Positions 26,536-36,254 of a stretch of 64,000 nt of DNA are shown one piece after another; the stretch's first letter is position 1; each line of letters begins with the position of its first letter. This stretch comes from Anolis carolinensis. Taxonomy: Eukaryota. The stretch covers positions 55,815,923-55,879,922 of the forward strand of contig NC_085844.1 of the NCBI RefSeq assembly GCF_035594765.1. The letters run 5' to 3'. The translations under genes were made by a program, and so were the position numbers. Under the pieces are notes generated by a model. That model made no database searches. It had not been told where the DNA came from and saw nothing but the letters and a program-made list of their open reading frames with translations.

Positions 26536-29372
26536 AGTTGATTCTAATAAATTCACTCTTATCACAGGTGTGAATCATTTGGCTTGTAACATGCATTTAG
26601 TCCTTTGGGCATCCTTGGGACCCATTCTCAAATAACCTTCTAAATAAATTTAGTAAACACCAGCCCCTACAGACACATACACACACCTTTTAAATGAGAA
26701 AAATATATCTTTGTGGGGCTACTAAGTTTAGGGTGCTTCTCAACTTGAAACAGCCACCTTCTCCCAAAAAGAACAGCTGAAAGGGTAAATGGATGTGACA
26801 CGTTTTCATTTCGGGTCACTACAATGTGGCTGCAGAGCTTCAGAGGAGCCAGAAACAAAACAGTGCAGCCGACTGACCTCCAAAGCATTCTCACTCCTTG
26901 TCCAAGTACAGTAGAAGTATGTGAATAGGCAAAAGCTAAAGTGGAGAAGGCACACAATAGGAATAGTATAATTGCTCTATGGTTTATATACCATGTATAA
27001 CTGTTAGTTCATTTTGGTAGTTATCACTTTTATTTGCAAGTCACCGTTCTTGAAATATGTTTTTACAAAGCTTGGAATGTTAAGCTTGAAAAAGTAATTC
27101 AGCAATCAAGAGCATAAATACTAATAGTTGGAATTGTTTAATTGACATTTAGAGGAACACTTTTTGATCCTAGTTCCTTCACTACATTTCTTTTCCCCCA
27201 TATGGACTACAAGCCCATAGTAGGAGTGTTGCCTGGGAGTGGTGGGAGCCCAGCATATCTGGGAACTCTGGGGTTGGTGAAGGCTCCCCAAAACATGAGG
27301 TTTTGTTTCCAAGATGTGATCTAGTTCTTGTGAATAACTTTCTCATTCTTCACATTGTTGTTTTTTTGCTCACCACACACATGGTAAGATTAAAGAATCA
27401 TTTATCAGTGGCATACTTGAGTTATTATTGCTTAACAAAGGCCTCCACATTGCCTCAGAAACCACCATGGTTGCACTATGCATTTGCGAGCTTTGTATTT
27501 TATCTTAACCCATAGAAGTAGTTGCTTAGAAATTCCATAGAACTGCTTGTTTCTCACCTATAACTCTTAATAAAAAATAGAACTGTGCCAACCTGTTAAA
27601 TCCTTAATAGAATATTCTAATGGTTATTAAATCAATTGACTCTGAATTTTACTTTAATAAATGAGTTAGACAGTATTTTCCAATTACTGTCATCCACCAC
27701 CTTTCTAAAGAGCAGATTATTCTGATTGAATTTTTAAAAGCTGTTCAGCACTGTGAGATTTTTTTTCATGTAGGTTTGCTGAAAGAAGGTAGCTTTGAAG
27801 TGGGTACAGGACAGAGAGAGAATAACCTCTCAAAGTGATTTTTTGGCACTCCATTTCACTTCATATTTATCCCAAATGTAAACTGCCATGGTCATTTTTC
27901 ATTGTCTTGTTTGTTTAGTTGTGATATGTCATTCAAGACGTCCATTTTAAAGCTGTCTTTTGGGTAGGGAAGCAGGTTCTTTAGAACAGCTGTCCTTCTA
28001 CTCATCATTCTACATTTTCCAATTGTGTAATAAGCTACAAGGAGCAGCAGGAACAAAAATGTGCTGGTGGAAGAACTGTAGGTGTGTATATAATTGACCT
28101 TTTCAAAGCCAAATGTTAACACGGTGTCTGAAAATCAGGGTATTTTCAGAAGGACAGCAGTCAGCCTGGGCCAGATTGACACCTGCTGGTTTCTCCTCCA
28201 GGTCAGCCACACTCCAGTGCTGTTTCTGCCTTATCCCTGTCACTATCCCAGAATGCAGTAGTGATCAAAGGAGATAGTGGGTGAAACACACACAAAGCAG
28301 TGTGTTAACAGCTCCAAAGGAATATTGCCTTCTGCCCTGGAGCCTAGATGTATTTTGTCAAGCAAGAAAAAACCCTGCCTAAGTTCATAGCTAAGGGCAG
28401 CTGTCTTGACTAGTAGTGGTCCACCTCATTAGTGAATAGAAATTCTAAAGATAAATGGCAAAAGCAAAAAAACTCTGATCAAGTCAACACAGCTTGTTGT
28501 CAGATACAGAGCAGCCCTGTATAATGCGGAGGGCTAGGTGAACAGCCCTGTTCCCCTAAGCACAAAAGAGCCAGCCCAAATTTCATCTTCCTGACCTAAT
28601 GTAGGGAGACATCCATATCATTGGTCTTCTTTATAGAAAGAATTATAGTGTCAGTTTTTATGGAAGAAGGTGTCCACCACATATGTGCAAAATCGAATTA
28701 CAAGTGTAGGCTGTATTTAAGCTATCTGGTGCTATCCTTCATATTGGTACAGATAAACAGACGAACTATAGTTAAGTCTGAGAAATGATATAGGAAGATT
28801 TCATGAGAAGGAGAGTATACAAACCTACAGGACACTATAATTTATTTCACTCAATTTGTAATCACCAATCTCTTAGAGATTCTTCCACAGTTATGAACAT
28901 TAGTTGGGAATGTTAATCTTTGTGGTGACTTTTATATATAGAATGCCTATCTTTAACAGCTAATATTTTTAAATAGACTTGTATTTCTCTAAGTTGAAGG
29001 GACATAGTTTGATAAATATTTAAGATCTATGCATGTAATTTTGTGCCTGTGATTTGAAATATAAAATGTTTAAATTTATCTTGAATTTACACGCTATAGT
29101 TTTTGTAGCAAAGTTTTGCTTGCTAAGTTTCAAATGTTAACACCTTATGAAACTTTTCAGATGTGGGTTCCCCCCCACACCATTCTATTATATTTGTGAT
29201 TATGCACATAGTTACCTTCCAGTTCCTCTAATGATGCACAAATGTGCACAGGGAAGTTAACTTCTTAGACTTCTCAGTGCATGATGTGGCTATTATAGAT
29301 AGGGGTGCCTTTCTTCTTCTGATGCAGCTGGTGCTGACCACTGTCAGAGACCAGATACTTGATAAACTAAAT

Positions 29373-29492
29373 CAGTGGTTCTCAGATGTTTTGGCCTTCA
29401 ACTCCCAGAAATCCTAACAGCTGGTAAACTGGCTGGGATTTCTGGGAGTTGTAGACCAAAATACCTGGAGACCCACAGGTTGAGAACCACTG
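29373..29492. mobile_element. Short hAT MITE
   Basis: TIRs CAGTGGTTCTCA / TGAGAACCACTG; degenerate 8-bp TSD AACTAAAT / AAGTAGAT. Confidence 0.85.
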
Positions 29493-30343
29493 AAGTAGAT
29501 CCTTAGGCTGGTCCAATGTTAGAAGTATGCATTTTAGAATTTCAAACCAACCAACCCCAGGCGTAAAATGAAAGCTAAAGATTTCTTTCATTCCCGATAC
29601 CATTTGCATCAGCTGTAACATGTATCAATAACACACTTATAATTTAGTGAACATAACTTTTACGTTTCTTTTTAAGATGAAATTTTATTTTGAAATCAAG
29701 TTAAAAATGCAAGCAATGGAGTGGCATCTCTGTCTTGTATGTTTTATATGATTTATCATTTATATTTTCTTGGCTACACTGAGGTAACAAATATGCTTTC
29801 ATCTAGTCTTCATAACCATATAGATCATGAACTGGAAGAACAGTGACACACATTTATTGATCCCATGTCTACAGAGCTGCATCAAAATATCCAGCTTCTT
29901 TCTTTTCCCACTTGAGTGGTGTATCTGATTTTTCTTCAGGAAGTGGCAAATCTGAGCCAGTCCGATAGTTTCTCTCCCAATACCAGTATAGCTGAACATC
30001 ACATAGCCTAGAGCAGGAGTAAGCCACCTGGAGTACAACTCCCATAAAACTTGATCACTGGCCATGCTGGCTAGATTTACGGTGGCTTCTGTGTCAGGGC
30101 AACTTGAGATGGGCTTTCCGGGTGCTGAACCCATTTTGGAGAAAAGATACAGAATCTTGTATGGCTCTTTTAAAATCTGGCATTAAATTAACAAGTTCGC
30201 TGTCCTTGTGACATGGAAGGCACCAATTAGTCCAAAATGTCTGAAGGACATCAAGTTGTCTATCCCTGACTTAAAACAAGTTCAATCCCCAATACTGTTT
30301 ATGGTGGCAGCACATTTGTAATAATTCTTTATTAGAAGAACCC

Positions 30344-30492
30344 TAACGGCGCTACATGCAGTCATGCTGGCCACATGACCTTGGAAGTGTCTGCGGACAA
30401 CGCTGGCTCTTCAGCTTAGAAATGGAGATGAGCACCAACCCCCAGAGTCAGACATGACTGGACTTAACGTCAAGGGAAACTTTTACCTTTAC
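30344..30492 (+). mobile_element. Sauria-type SINE, 5'-truncated
   Basis: Matches the 3' half of 61977-62287 (GGCCACATGACCTTGGA..GCTTAGAAATGGAGATGAGCACC..CCCCAGAGTCAGAC), with a TTTACCTTTAC tail. Confidence 0.85.
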
Positions 30493-30935
30493 TAGAAGTT
30501 ATTACAAATAACTTTTTAATAACTAATTTGAAATAACTCTAGTAAGGAAAAGGAATTGAAGCTAATGCAATCACTCTTATTAGTTATTACCAGTGTTGTT
30601 TCTCAGTAGGCTGATTGCAAGTTGAGAGAGAGAGCCTTTGGATTAGGTGGACTAAAGGGCAGCTGATTTGTGACTTTTTCCTGTTTACCTTAAGGATAAT
30701 TTCAAATTCTAGGTACTGCAAATTGAAACAAGGATTCACATTTAATTATTTTTCCTGCATCTATCTGCTCATAGTTTATTAGAATGTCCAAGTGATGGCA
30801 TATGGATTACAGGCTACAACTGATGTTAATTCAGTTGTTATTGCCATCTGTTTTGATGATATCTTCACAGTCATAGCTACCACTCATTGCATGCTGTGTC
30901 ATATTAAACAGGCATAGCCTAGTGTTATACTTGGA

Positions 30936-31303
30936 TGTCATGCAGCCAGATCCCAGGGCTGAATTTCCAAGCCCTGAATCTGACTTCATAACATAAACAT
31001 GCGAGCACCTGGCGGGAGAAGATAAAATGAGCCTGGGAACTCAGGGGTGAAAGTATAAACAATTATAATTGCTGTAGTGTGGGGGGGATAGAAACCTTGG
31101 TGGAAATGTGATCCAGAAGGTGGGGTTTGATGATGATATTTGCGTGTGATATTACGTTGCATCAGAAGTGATAAAATTAGATGTATGTAAACATTAGGTC
31201 ATTCTCGACTTTTCCAAAGTCATGTATTCTTCAATAAAGATTGTGTTTGAGAGCAGCTGTCTTTGATCTGCGTTCAGACTGGTCCTTTGAAGTAAGCCTG
31301 ACA
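30936..31303 (+). repeat. 5' LTR (368 bp)
   Basis: TG...CA ends with 5-bp inverted termini; no difference from 36255-36622 found on manual comparison. Confidence 0.97.
31170..31238 (+). promoter_or_regulatory. Predicted LTR core promoter and R region
   Basis: TATA-like GATAAAA at 31170-31176; initiator-consensus TCATTCT with A at 31201, about 30 nt downstream; AATAAA at 31233-31238 (36552-36557 in the 3' LTR). Confidence 0.65.
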
Positions 31304-31305
31304 TT

Positions 31306-31317
31306 AAAGTCGAGAAT
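31306..31317 (+). promoter_or_regulatory. Primer-binding site of self-priming type
   Basis: AAAGTCGAGAAT, 2 nt after the 5' LTR, is the exact reverse complement of ATTCTCGACTTT (31201-31212). No TGG tRNA-type PBS is present. Confidence 0.85.
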
Positions 31318-31358
31318 CCCATTTCTCACCCTCCTGCGGAATTCGCAGTGAAGTGATA

Positions 31359-34300
31359 ATGAGCGAGGAAGAAGATCAAAGCCCAAATGAGGCAGAGAGG
31401 CCTTTGCAAGGGGCCCGGCCGAAGAGAGAAGAGACGCTGCAAGCCATAGCTTCCTCTACGGGGTACCCCAAGCCGAACGGCGTGACCCAGAGAATTCCCA
31501 GGCTCGGAAGAGGCGTCTCTGCAGCTGCAGAAACCAGTTGGGGATCTGGAGGAAGTATGCCGGAGACCGTGGCCCTGCGGTTATCCATCCTGGAAACTAA
31601 TTTATCCAGGCTGTCGGAAACCGTGGGGAGATTGGTGCCATTACTGGAAGAGGATCTCCAGAAGGAGGCCAGCCGATATGGCGCCGAGAGAGAACCAAGC
31701 AAAGAAGGAGATTGGAGCCAGAGGGGCCAGCGGGCGTCAACGCAGAGCCCCGTGGCGGCAAGGGACGAGGGAGATGAGGAATACTGGCAGGAGCTGCAGT
31801 TCCGGGACAGCATGGCGCGAGAAGTGGAGCGTCAGCGAGCCCTGGGGACCCTGAGGCCGCCGTCTCCAACAGAGCTCCCAACCCCCCGAATGGGCGTCGG
31901 GGTGGAAAGGCCACTGGGGCCAGGGATCGGGTCCAGTGGATTCGCAGACGAAGGCGGAGAGGAGCGGGGGGTCCAGGAAGAGGAGGAGGATGTGCCGTAC
32001 GACGAGGAAAGGCGAGATGAGGGGGCTACAGCTAGGCCAGTATGCGGATGGGCGGAAGAGCCAACAGCGGCGGCAGACTTCCAGGAGCCGCGCAGAATGA
32101 CCACCGGAGTGGGGCGCGGCGTGTTCCAAGGAGCCACCCGAGGAAACCTGATGCAACCCTTCCCCATGCCGCCCAGACAATATCAAAGGGCTGCAGAATG
32201 GATGCCTAGAAGGGAAGATCTCAAGCTGGAATACGGAGGGGAATCAGAGGAACTGAACTTTTTTCTAATTAGCATTAGAGGATACATGGAAGACAACGCA
32301 CACACATTTCCCTCCGAAGCAAGCAGGGTTCGAGCCATCGGCAACACACTAAAGCGAGGAGCAGCCAGCTGGTATGTGCAATTGCATGCCAGACGCGACC
32401 CATGCCTGAGGTCAGTGCCCCGCTTCCTCGCCGCACTGGAGAACCGGTTCAGAGACCGGCTAGAGCAATTGAGGGCTCGAGACCAGCTGAAAGGAATAAA
32501 ACAGAGGGACAAAACGGTGCCCGAGTACGCAGAGGAATTCCTCCACCTCGCGGAAAGGGTACCGGAGTGGTCTGAAGTAACCAAAGTGGAACTATTTAAA
32601 GAGGGACTACGCCCCGAGATTTTCAGCTGGGCAGCGCACAGAGACGACCCCGAGACGCTCCAGGGATGGATTCAACTAGCGGGGCGCGTCGAATCTACCC
32701 TGGCACAAGTAAAGCGCTTCAGGAGCAGCAGCGGCCAGCAAAGACCGGTGGCGAGAGGTCGAGGAGAAACGAGGAAGCAAGAAAGACCCGGAGGGAGGCC
32801 GGGGATTCCCTCCAGAGGAGACGACAACAAACCTAAACCGGGATGCTTTGTATGTGGGAAGACGGGCCACCGAGCAGCGGAATGCTGGGCCCGGAAGGGG
32901 GAGCCGCCAAAAGCCCCAAAGCCCAAGCCAGCAACCGGGAGGCGTGCGGAGGAAGAGGTGCAGGCCCCAGAATCTTCGGAAAGATTGGTGAGTCGGGACA
33001 AACGCATGATAGTAGTACCAATTTGCCTCTCGGGGCTAGAAAATCGGGCCACCTGCAAGGCGTTTGTAGACTGCGGGTGTTCTAGGAACATTATAACCCC
33101 AGAATTAGCAGGAGCGCTGAAATGCCAGCAGATGGCACTTGACTCCCCAATTGCATTTTCGCAGCTGGATGGGTCAGTCGCTGCTGGGGAAGTATCTACA
33201 AAGGAATTACGGGGAGTTCCATGCAAAATAGGCAAATGGGGAGGAAGAATATCCTTTGTGATAGCCCCTATTGCCACATACCATGTAATATTGGGGATAC
33301 CATGGCTCGAACAAGCAAATCCTGAAGTAGATTGGAGAGGAAAAAGCTTAGCATTTAAAGAACAGCAGATGCAATGGGAGATAAGCAAAATTGCAGAAGA
33401 GGAGGACGAGGAAGACGAAGCAGGGGAAATAGACCCACAGCTATTGCCACCTGAATACAGAGACTTTGCGGATGTTTTCAATCAGAAAGAGGCCAGTAAA
33501 TTGCCTCCCAAAAGAAATGTAGAAGTAGGGATTGAAATAACCCCGGGAGCAGACTTACCAAAACCAAAAGTGTATCCCATGTCTGTGCAAGAGAAGGAGG
33601 AATTGAGAAAATACATTGATAAAAACCTGGCTCGAGGCTTCATTAAGCCATCTAATTCTCCTCTCGGGGCTCCAGTGTTATTTAGGAGAAAGAAAGACAA
33701 TTCCCTAAGATTGTGCATTGATTATCGAAATTTAAACGCAATTACCAAGGACAATAAATACCCTATGCCCTTAGTCAAGGATTTAATTACCGTATTGAAG
33801 AAAGGAAGCATATTTACTAAACTGGATTTAATTGAAGCGTATCATAAATTAAGGATCAAACCGGAGGATACTTGGAAAACCGCATTTTCCTGCGCATTCG
33901 GCCATTTTGAATACGAAATTTTGCCTTTCGGGTTAAAAAATGGAAGCGGCTGCTTTATGCAGCTTATAAATGAAATACTACACCCGTTATTGTACAGAGG
34001 GGTGTTCATATTCCTTGATGATATCTTGATCATTTCTGAAGATAAGGAAAAGCACGTAAAATTGGTCCGGGAAGTTTTGCAGAGACTAAGAGAAGCAAAG
34101 CTGTACGCAAAACTGTCCAAATGTGAATTTAATAAAACTCAAATTGACTTTCTGGGATATCGGATGTCTCCAGAAGGGTTAGCTATGGATCCGGCTAAAG
34201 TAGCAGATGTGAAAGAATGGGGAGTGCCTCAAACAAGGAGGCAATTACAATCATTTCTGGGGTTTGCAAATTTTTACAGACCCTTCATAAAAGGCTTTGC

Positions 34301-36179
34301 ACAAATAACCGCACCCCTTACAGAACTTTTAAAAACAAAAGGGAAAGGGGAGACAGCAAAAGTGAAAGCTCCCGGCGCCAAACTGAGTTGGACGCCAGAA
34401 TGCCAAAAGGCATTCGAGACCTTAAAAGAATGCTTCACTGAAGGACCCATCCTAAAACACCCTGATATCAGGAGCCCTTTCATAATCCATTGCGATGCCT
34501 CAGACTGTGCGTACGGGGCAGTGCTATTGCAAAAGGATCAAAATGGGAACTTAAAACCCTGTGGATATTTGTCACGGAAGTTCAGCGAAACTGAAAAAAG
34601 TTGGCCAATATGGGAAAAAGAGGCATTAGCCATATTAAAAGCCTTAGAATGCTGGCGACACTTCCTCGAAGGAAGCGGAATCCCATTCGAAATTTGGTCT
34701 GACCATAAGAATCTCCAGTATTTAAAGTCTCCTAGAAAATTGTCCCCCAAACAAATCAGATGGGCGCAATACTTCAGCAGATTCGATTTCCAATTAAAGT
34801 TTTTTCAAGGGAAACAGAATGTCTTGGCAGATGCTCTTTCACGCATGCCTCAACACGAAGGCCTAACCACAGCAAAGGAGGGGACAATATTCTCTGACAA
34901 ACAATGGGGCTTAGCTGTCAGGACAAGAGCACAAACCCAAAAGGAGGACACGGCTTTTGTCGAACTCGGCGGGGAAGATAACTGGGGAAATGAACTAAAA
35001 CAGTCTTATAAAGGAGATCAATGGATCGCGTCCAACGCAGAAAAGGGGGACCAGAAGGGGGGATTTTGGTTTGTAAACAAGAAACTGTATATCCCAGCAA
35101 TATTAAGGATTAAGATTCTGCATCGTTTTCACAACAACCAGAGCGCTGGTCATACAGGAATTACCAAAACAACAAAGGCAATAGCAAAACATTGTTGGTG
35201 GCCAGGAATGAGGAAGGACATAAAGAATCATGTTGTCCAATGTGATGATTGTGCCAGAAATAAATCGGGAGGAGGGAAGCCTATGGGATTGTTACAGACA
35301 GTAGCGGAACCTACCAGGCCTTGGGAATGTGTAGCTATGGACTTTGTGGGAGAACTGCCAGTCAGCAAAGGACATCGTTATATTTGGACAGTATTAGACC
35401 TGTTTTCTAAACAGGCCCACTTTATAGCACTGACGAAGCTACCATCGGCTGAGAAACTAGCTGAATTGTACATAAACCATATTTACAAATTACATGGATG
35501 TCCAAGTAGAGTAGTCAGTGACAGAGGAGTACAATTCACAGCAAAATTTTGGGAAAAATTCTTGGAAATGCTAGGAGCAGAAAGGAGTTTAAGTTCTGCT
35601 TTTCACCCCATGACAAACGGGGCGGTAGAACGTACTCAGCAAACGCTTGGGCAGTTCCTTCGAATGTACTCTAACATGAGACAAAATGACTGGTCTAGGT
35701 GGTTGGCGTTTGCGGAACTAGCCTTTAATTCAACTATACATTCAGCAACAAACAAAACCCCCTTTGAAGTAGTTTACGGGTATGAAATACAACCTTTACC
35801 CCAATTGCCGAGGTGGACAGAAAATGAAGGAACAGAGGCAGGGAAATGGAAAACGCAAATGATGGAATGTTGGAATCAAGTGACTGCTTCGTTAAAAGAA
35901 GCACACAAAAAGTATAAAACGTTCGCAGACAGAAAGAGGGTGGAAGGCGATAAATTAGATAAAGGAGATCTAGTGTGGTTAAGTACCCAGAACATCAAAT
36001 TGGGGTTACCTTCAAGAAAACTGGGCCCCAAATATATTGGACCATTCAGAATACAGGGTGTTATCAATGAAGTGACTTTCCAATTGGCATTGCCAAAAAG
36101 TTTAGGGAAAATACACCCAGTCTTCCATCGCAGCTTGCTGAAAAAATATATGGGGACTTTAGACAAAATGGACCCATAG
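31359..36179 (+). CDS. Gag-Pol polyprotein, single ORF of 1606 aa from the first ATG
   Basis: Retrotransposon capsid region (LKRGAASWY..FLAALENRF..IKQRDKTVPEYAEEF), CCHC knuckle CFVCGKTGHRAAEC (32844-32885), protease AFVDCGC (33069), RT LRLCIDYRNLN / FLDD (34011), RNase H DASD..E..D, integrase HHCC zinc finger, D-D-E and GPF motif. Confidence 0.97.
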   Translation: MSEEEDQSPNEAERPLQGARPKREETLQAIASSTGYPKPNGVTQRIPRLGRGVSAAAETSWGSGGSMPETVALRLSILETNLSRLSETVGRLVPLLEEDLQKEASRYGAEREPSKEGDWSQRGQRASTQSPVAARDEGDEEYWQELQFRDSMAREVERQRALGTLRPPSPTELPTPRMGVGVERPLGPGIGSSGFADEGGEERGVQEEEEDVPYDEERRDEGATARPVCGWAEEPTAAADFQEPRRMTTGVGRGVFQGATRGNLMQPFPMPPRQYQRAAEWMPRREDLKLEYGGESEELNFFLISIRGYMEDNAHTFPSEASRVRAIGNTLKRGAASWYVQLHARRDPCLRSVPRFLAALENRFRDRLEQLRARDQLKGIKQRDKTVPEYAEEFLHLAERVPEWSEVTKVELFKEGLRPEIFSWAAHRDDPETLQGWIQLAGRVESTLAQVKRFRSSSGQQRPVARGRGETRKQERPGGRPGIPSRGDDNKPKPGCFVCGKTGHRAAECWARKGEPPKAPKPKPATGRRAEEEVQAPESSERLVSRDKRMIVVPICLSGLENRATCKAFVDCGCSRNIITPELAGALKCQQMALDSPIAFSQLDGSVAAGEVSTKELRGVPCKIGKWGGRISFVIAPIATYHVILGIPWLEQANPEVDWRGKSLAFKEQQMQWEISKIAEEEDEEDEAGEIDPQLLPPEYRDFADVFNQKEASKLPPKRNVEVGIEITPGADLPKPKVYPMSVQEKEELRKYIDKNLARGFIKPSNSPLGAPVLFRRKKDNSLRLCIDYRNLNAITKDNKYPMPLVKDLITVLKKGSIFTKLDLIEAYHKLRIKPEDTWKTAFSCAFGHFEYEILPFGLKNGSGCFMQLINEILHPLLYRGVFIFLDDILIISEDKEKHVKLVREVLQRLREAKLYAKLSKCEFNKTQIDFLGYRMSPEGLAMDPAKVADVKEWGVPQTRRQLQSFLGFANFYRPFIKGFAQITAPLTELLKTKGKGETAKVKAPGAKLSWTPECQKAFETLKECFTEGPILKHPDIRSPFIIHCDASDCAYGAVLLQKDQNGNLKPCGYLSRKFSETEKSWPIWEKEALAILKALECWRHFLEGSGIPFEIWSDHKNLQYLKSPRKLSPKQIRWAQYFSRFDFQLKFFQGKQNVLADALSRMPQHEGLTTAKEGTIFSDKQWGLAVRTRAQTQKEDTAFVELGGEDNWGNELKQSYKGDQWIASNAEKGDQKGGFWFVNKKLYIPAILRIKILHRFHNNQSAGHTGITKTTKAIAKHCWWPGMRKDIKNHVVQCDDCARNKSGGGKPMGLLQTVAEPTRPWECVAMDFVGELPVSKGHRYIWTVLDLFSKQAHFIALTKLPSAEKLAELYINHIYKLHGCPSRVVSDRGVQFTAKFWEKFLEMLGAERSLSSAFHPMTNGAVERTQQTLGQFLRMYSNMRQNDWSRWLAFAELAFNSTIHSATNKTPFEVVYGYEIQPLPQLPRWTENEGTEAGKWKTQMMECWNQVTASLKEAHKKYKTFADRKRVEGDKLDKGDLVWLSTQNIKLGLPSRKLGPKYIGPFRIQGVINEVTFQLALPKSLGKIHPVFHRSLLKKYMGTLDKMDP

Positions 36180-36202
36180 AGTTATTGTTTGATTTGTTTC
36201 AG
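32988..36202 (+). other. Predicted GT-AG intron spanning the whole pol region (3215 nt)
   Basis: Donor TTG|GTGAGT in phase 0 between the zinc knuckle and protease; acceptor GTTATTGTTTGATTTGTTTCAG|G 23 nt after the pol stop; the downstream frame stays open for 35 codons to TAA at 36308-36310. Confidence 0.6.
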
Positions 36203-36211
36203 GACTATGGT

Positions 36212-36254
36212 GAAAGAAGAACCGAAGAGGAGGACGAAGAAAACGGGGGCGCCA
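36212..36254 (+). promoter_or_regulatory. Polypurine tract region
   Basis: GAAAGAAGAACCGAAGAGGAGGACGAAGAAAACGGGGGCGCCA directly precedes the 3' LTR. Confidence 0.8.

Noticed and set aside
31353-31358. ORF-track start at GTG 31353
   Set aside because: Eukaryotic element; the first ATG is at 31359.
31376-36166. Multiple antisense and alternative-frame ORFs over the retrotransposon, up to 269 aa
   Set aside because: Shadows of the long GC-rich, codon-biased gag-pol ORF; no recognisable motifs.
36180-36254. env gene or chromodomain after integrase; endogenous retrovirus call
   Set aside because: Only 75 bp separate the pol stop from the 3' LTR, and RT/IN motifs are of Ty3/Gypsy type.
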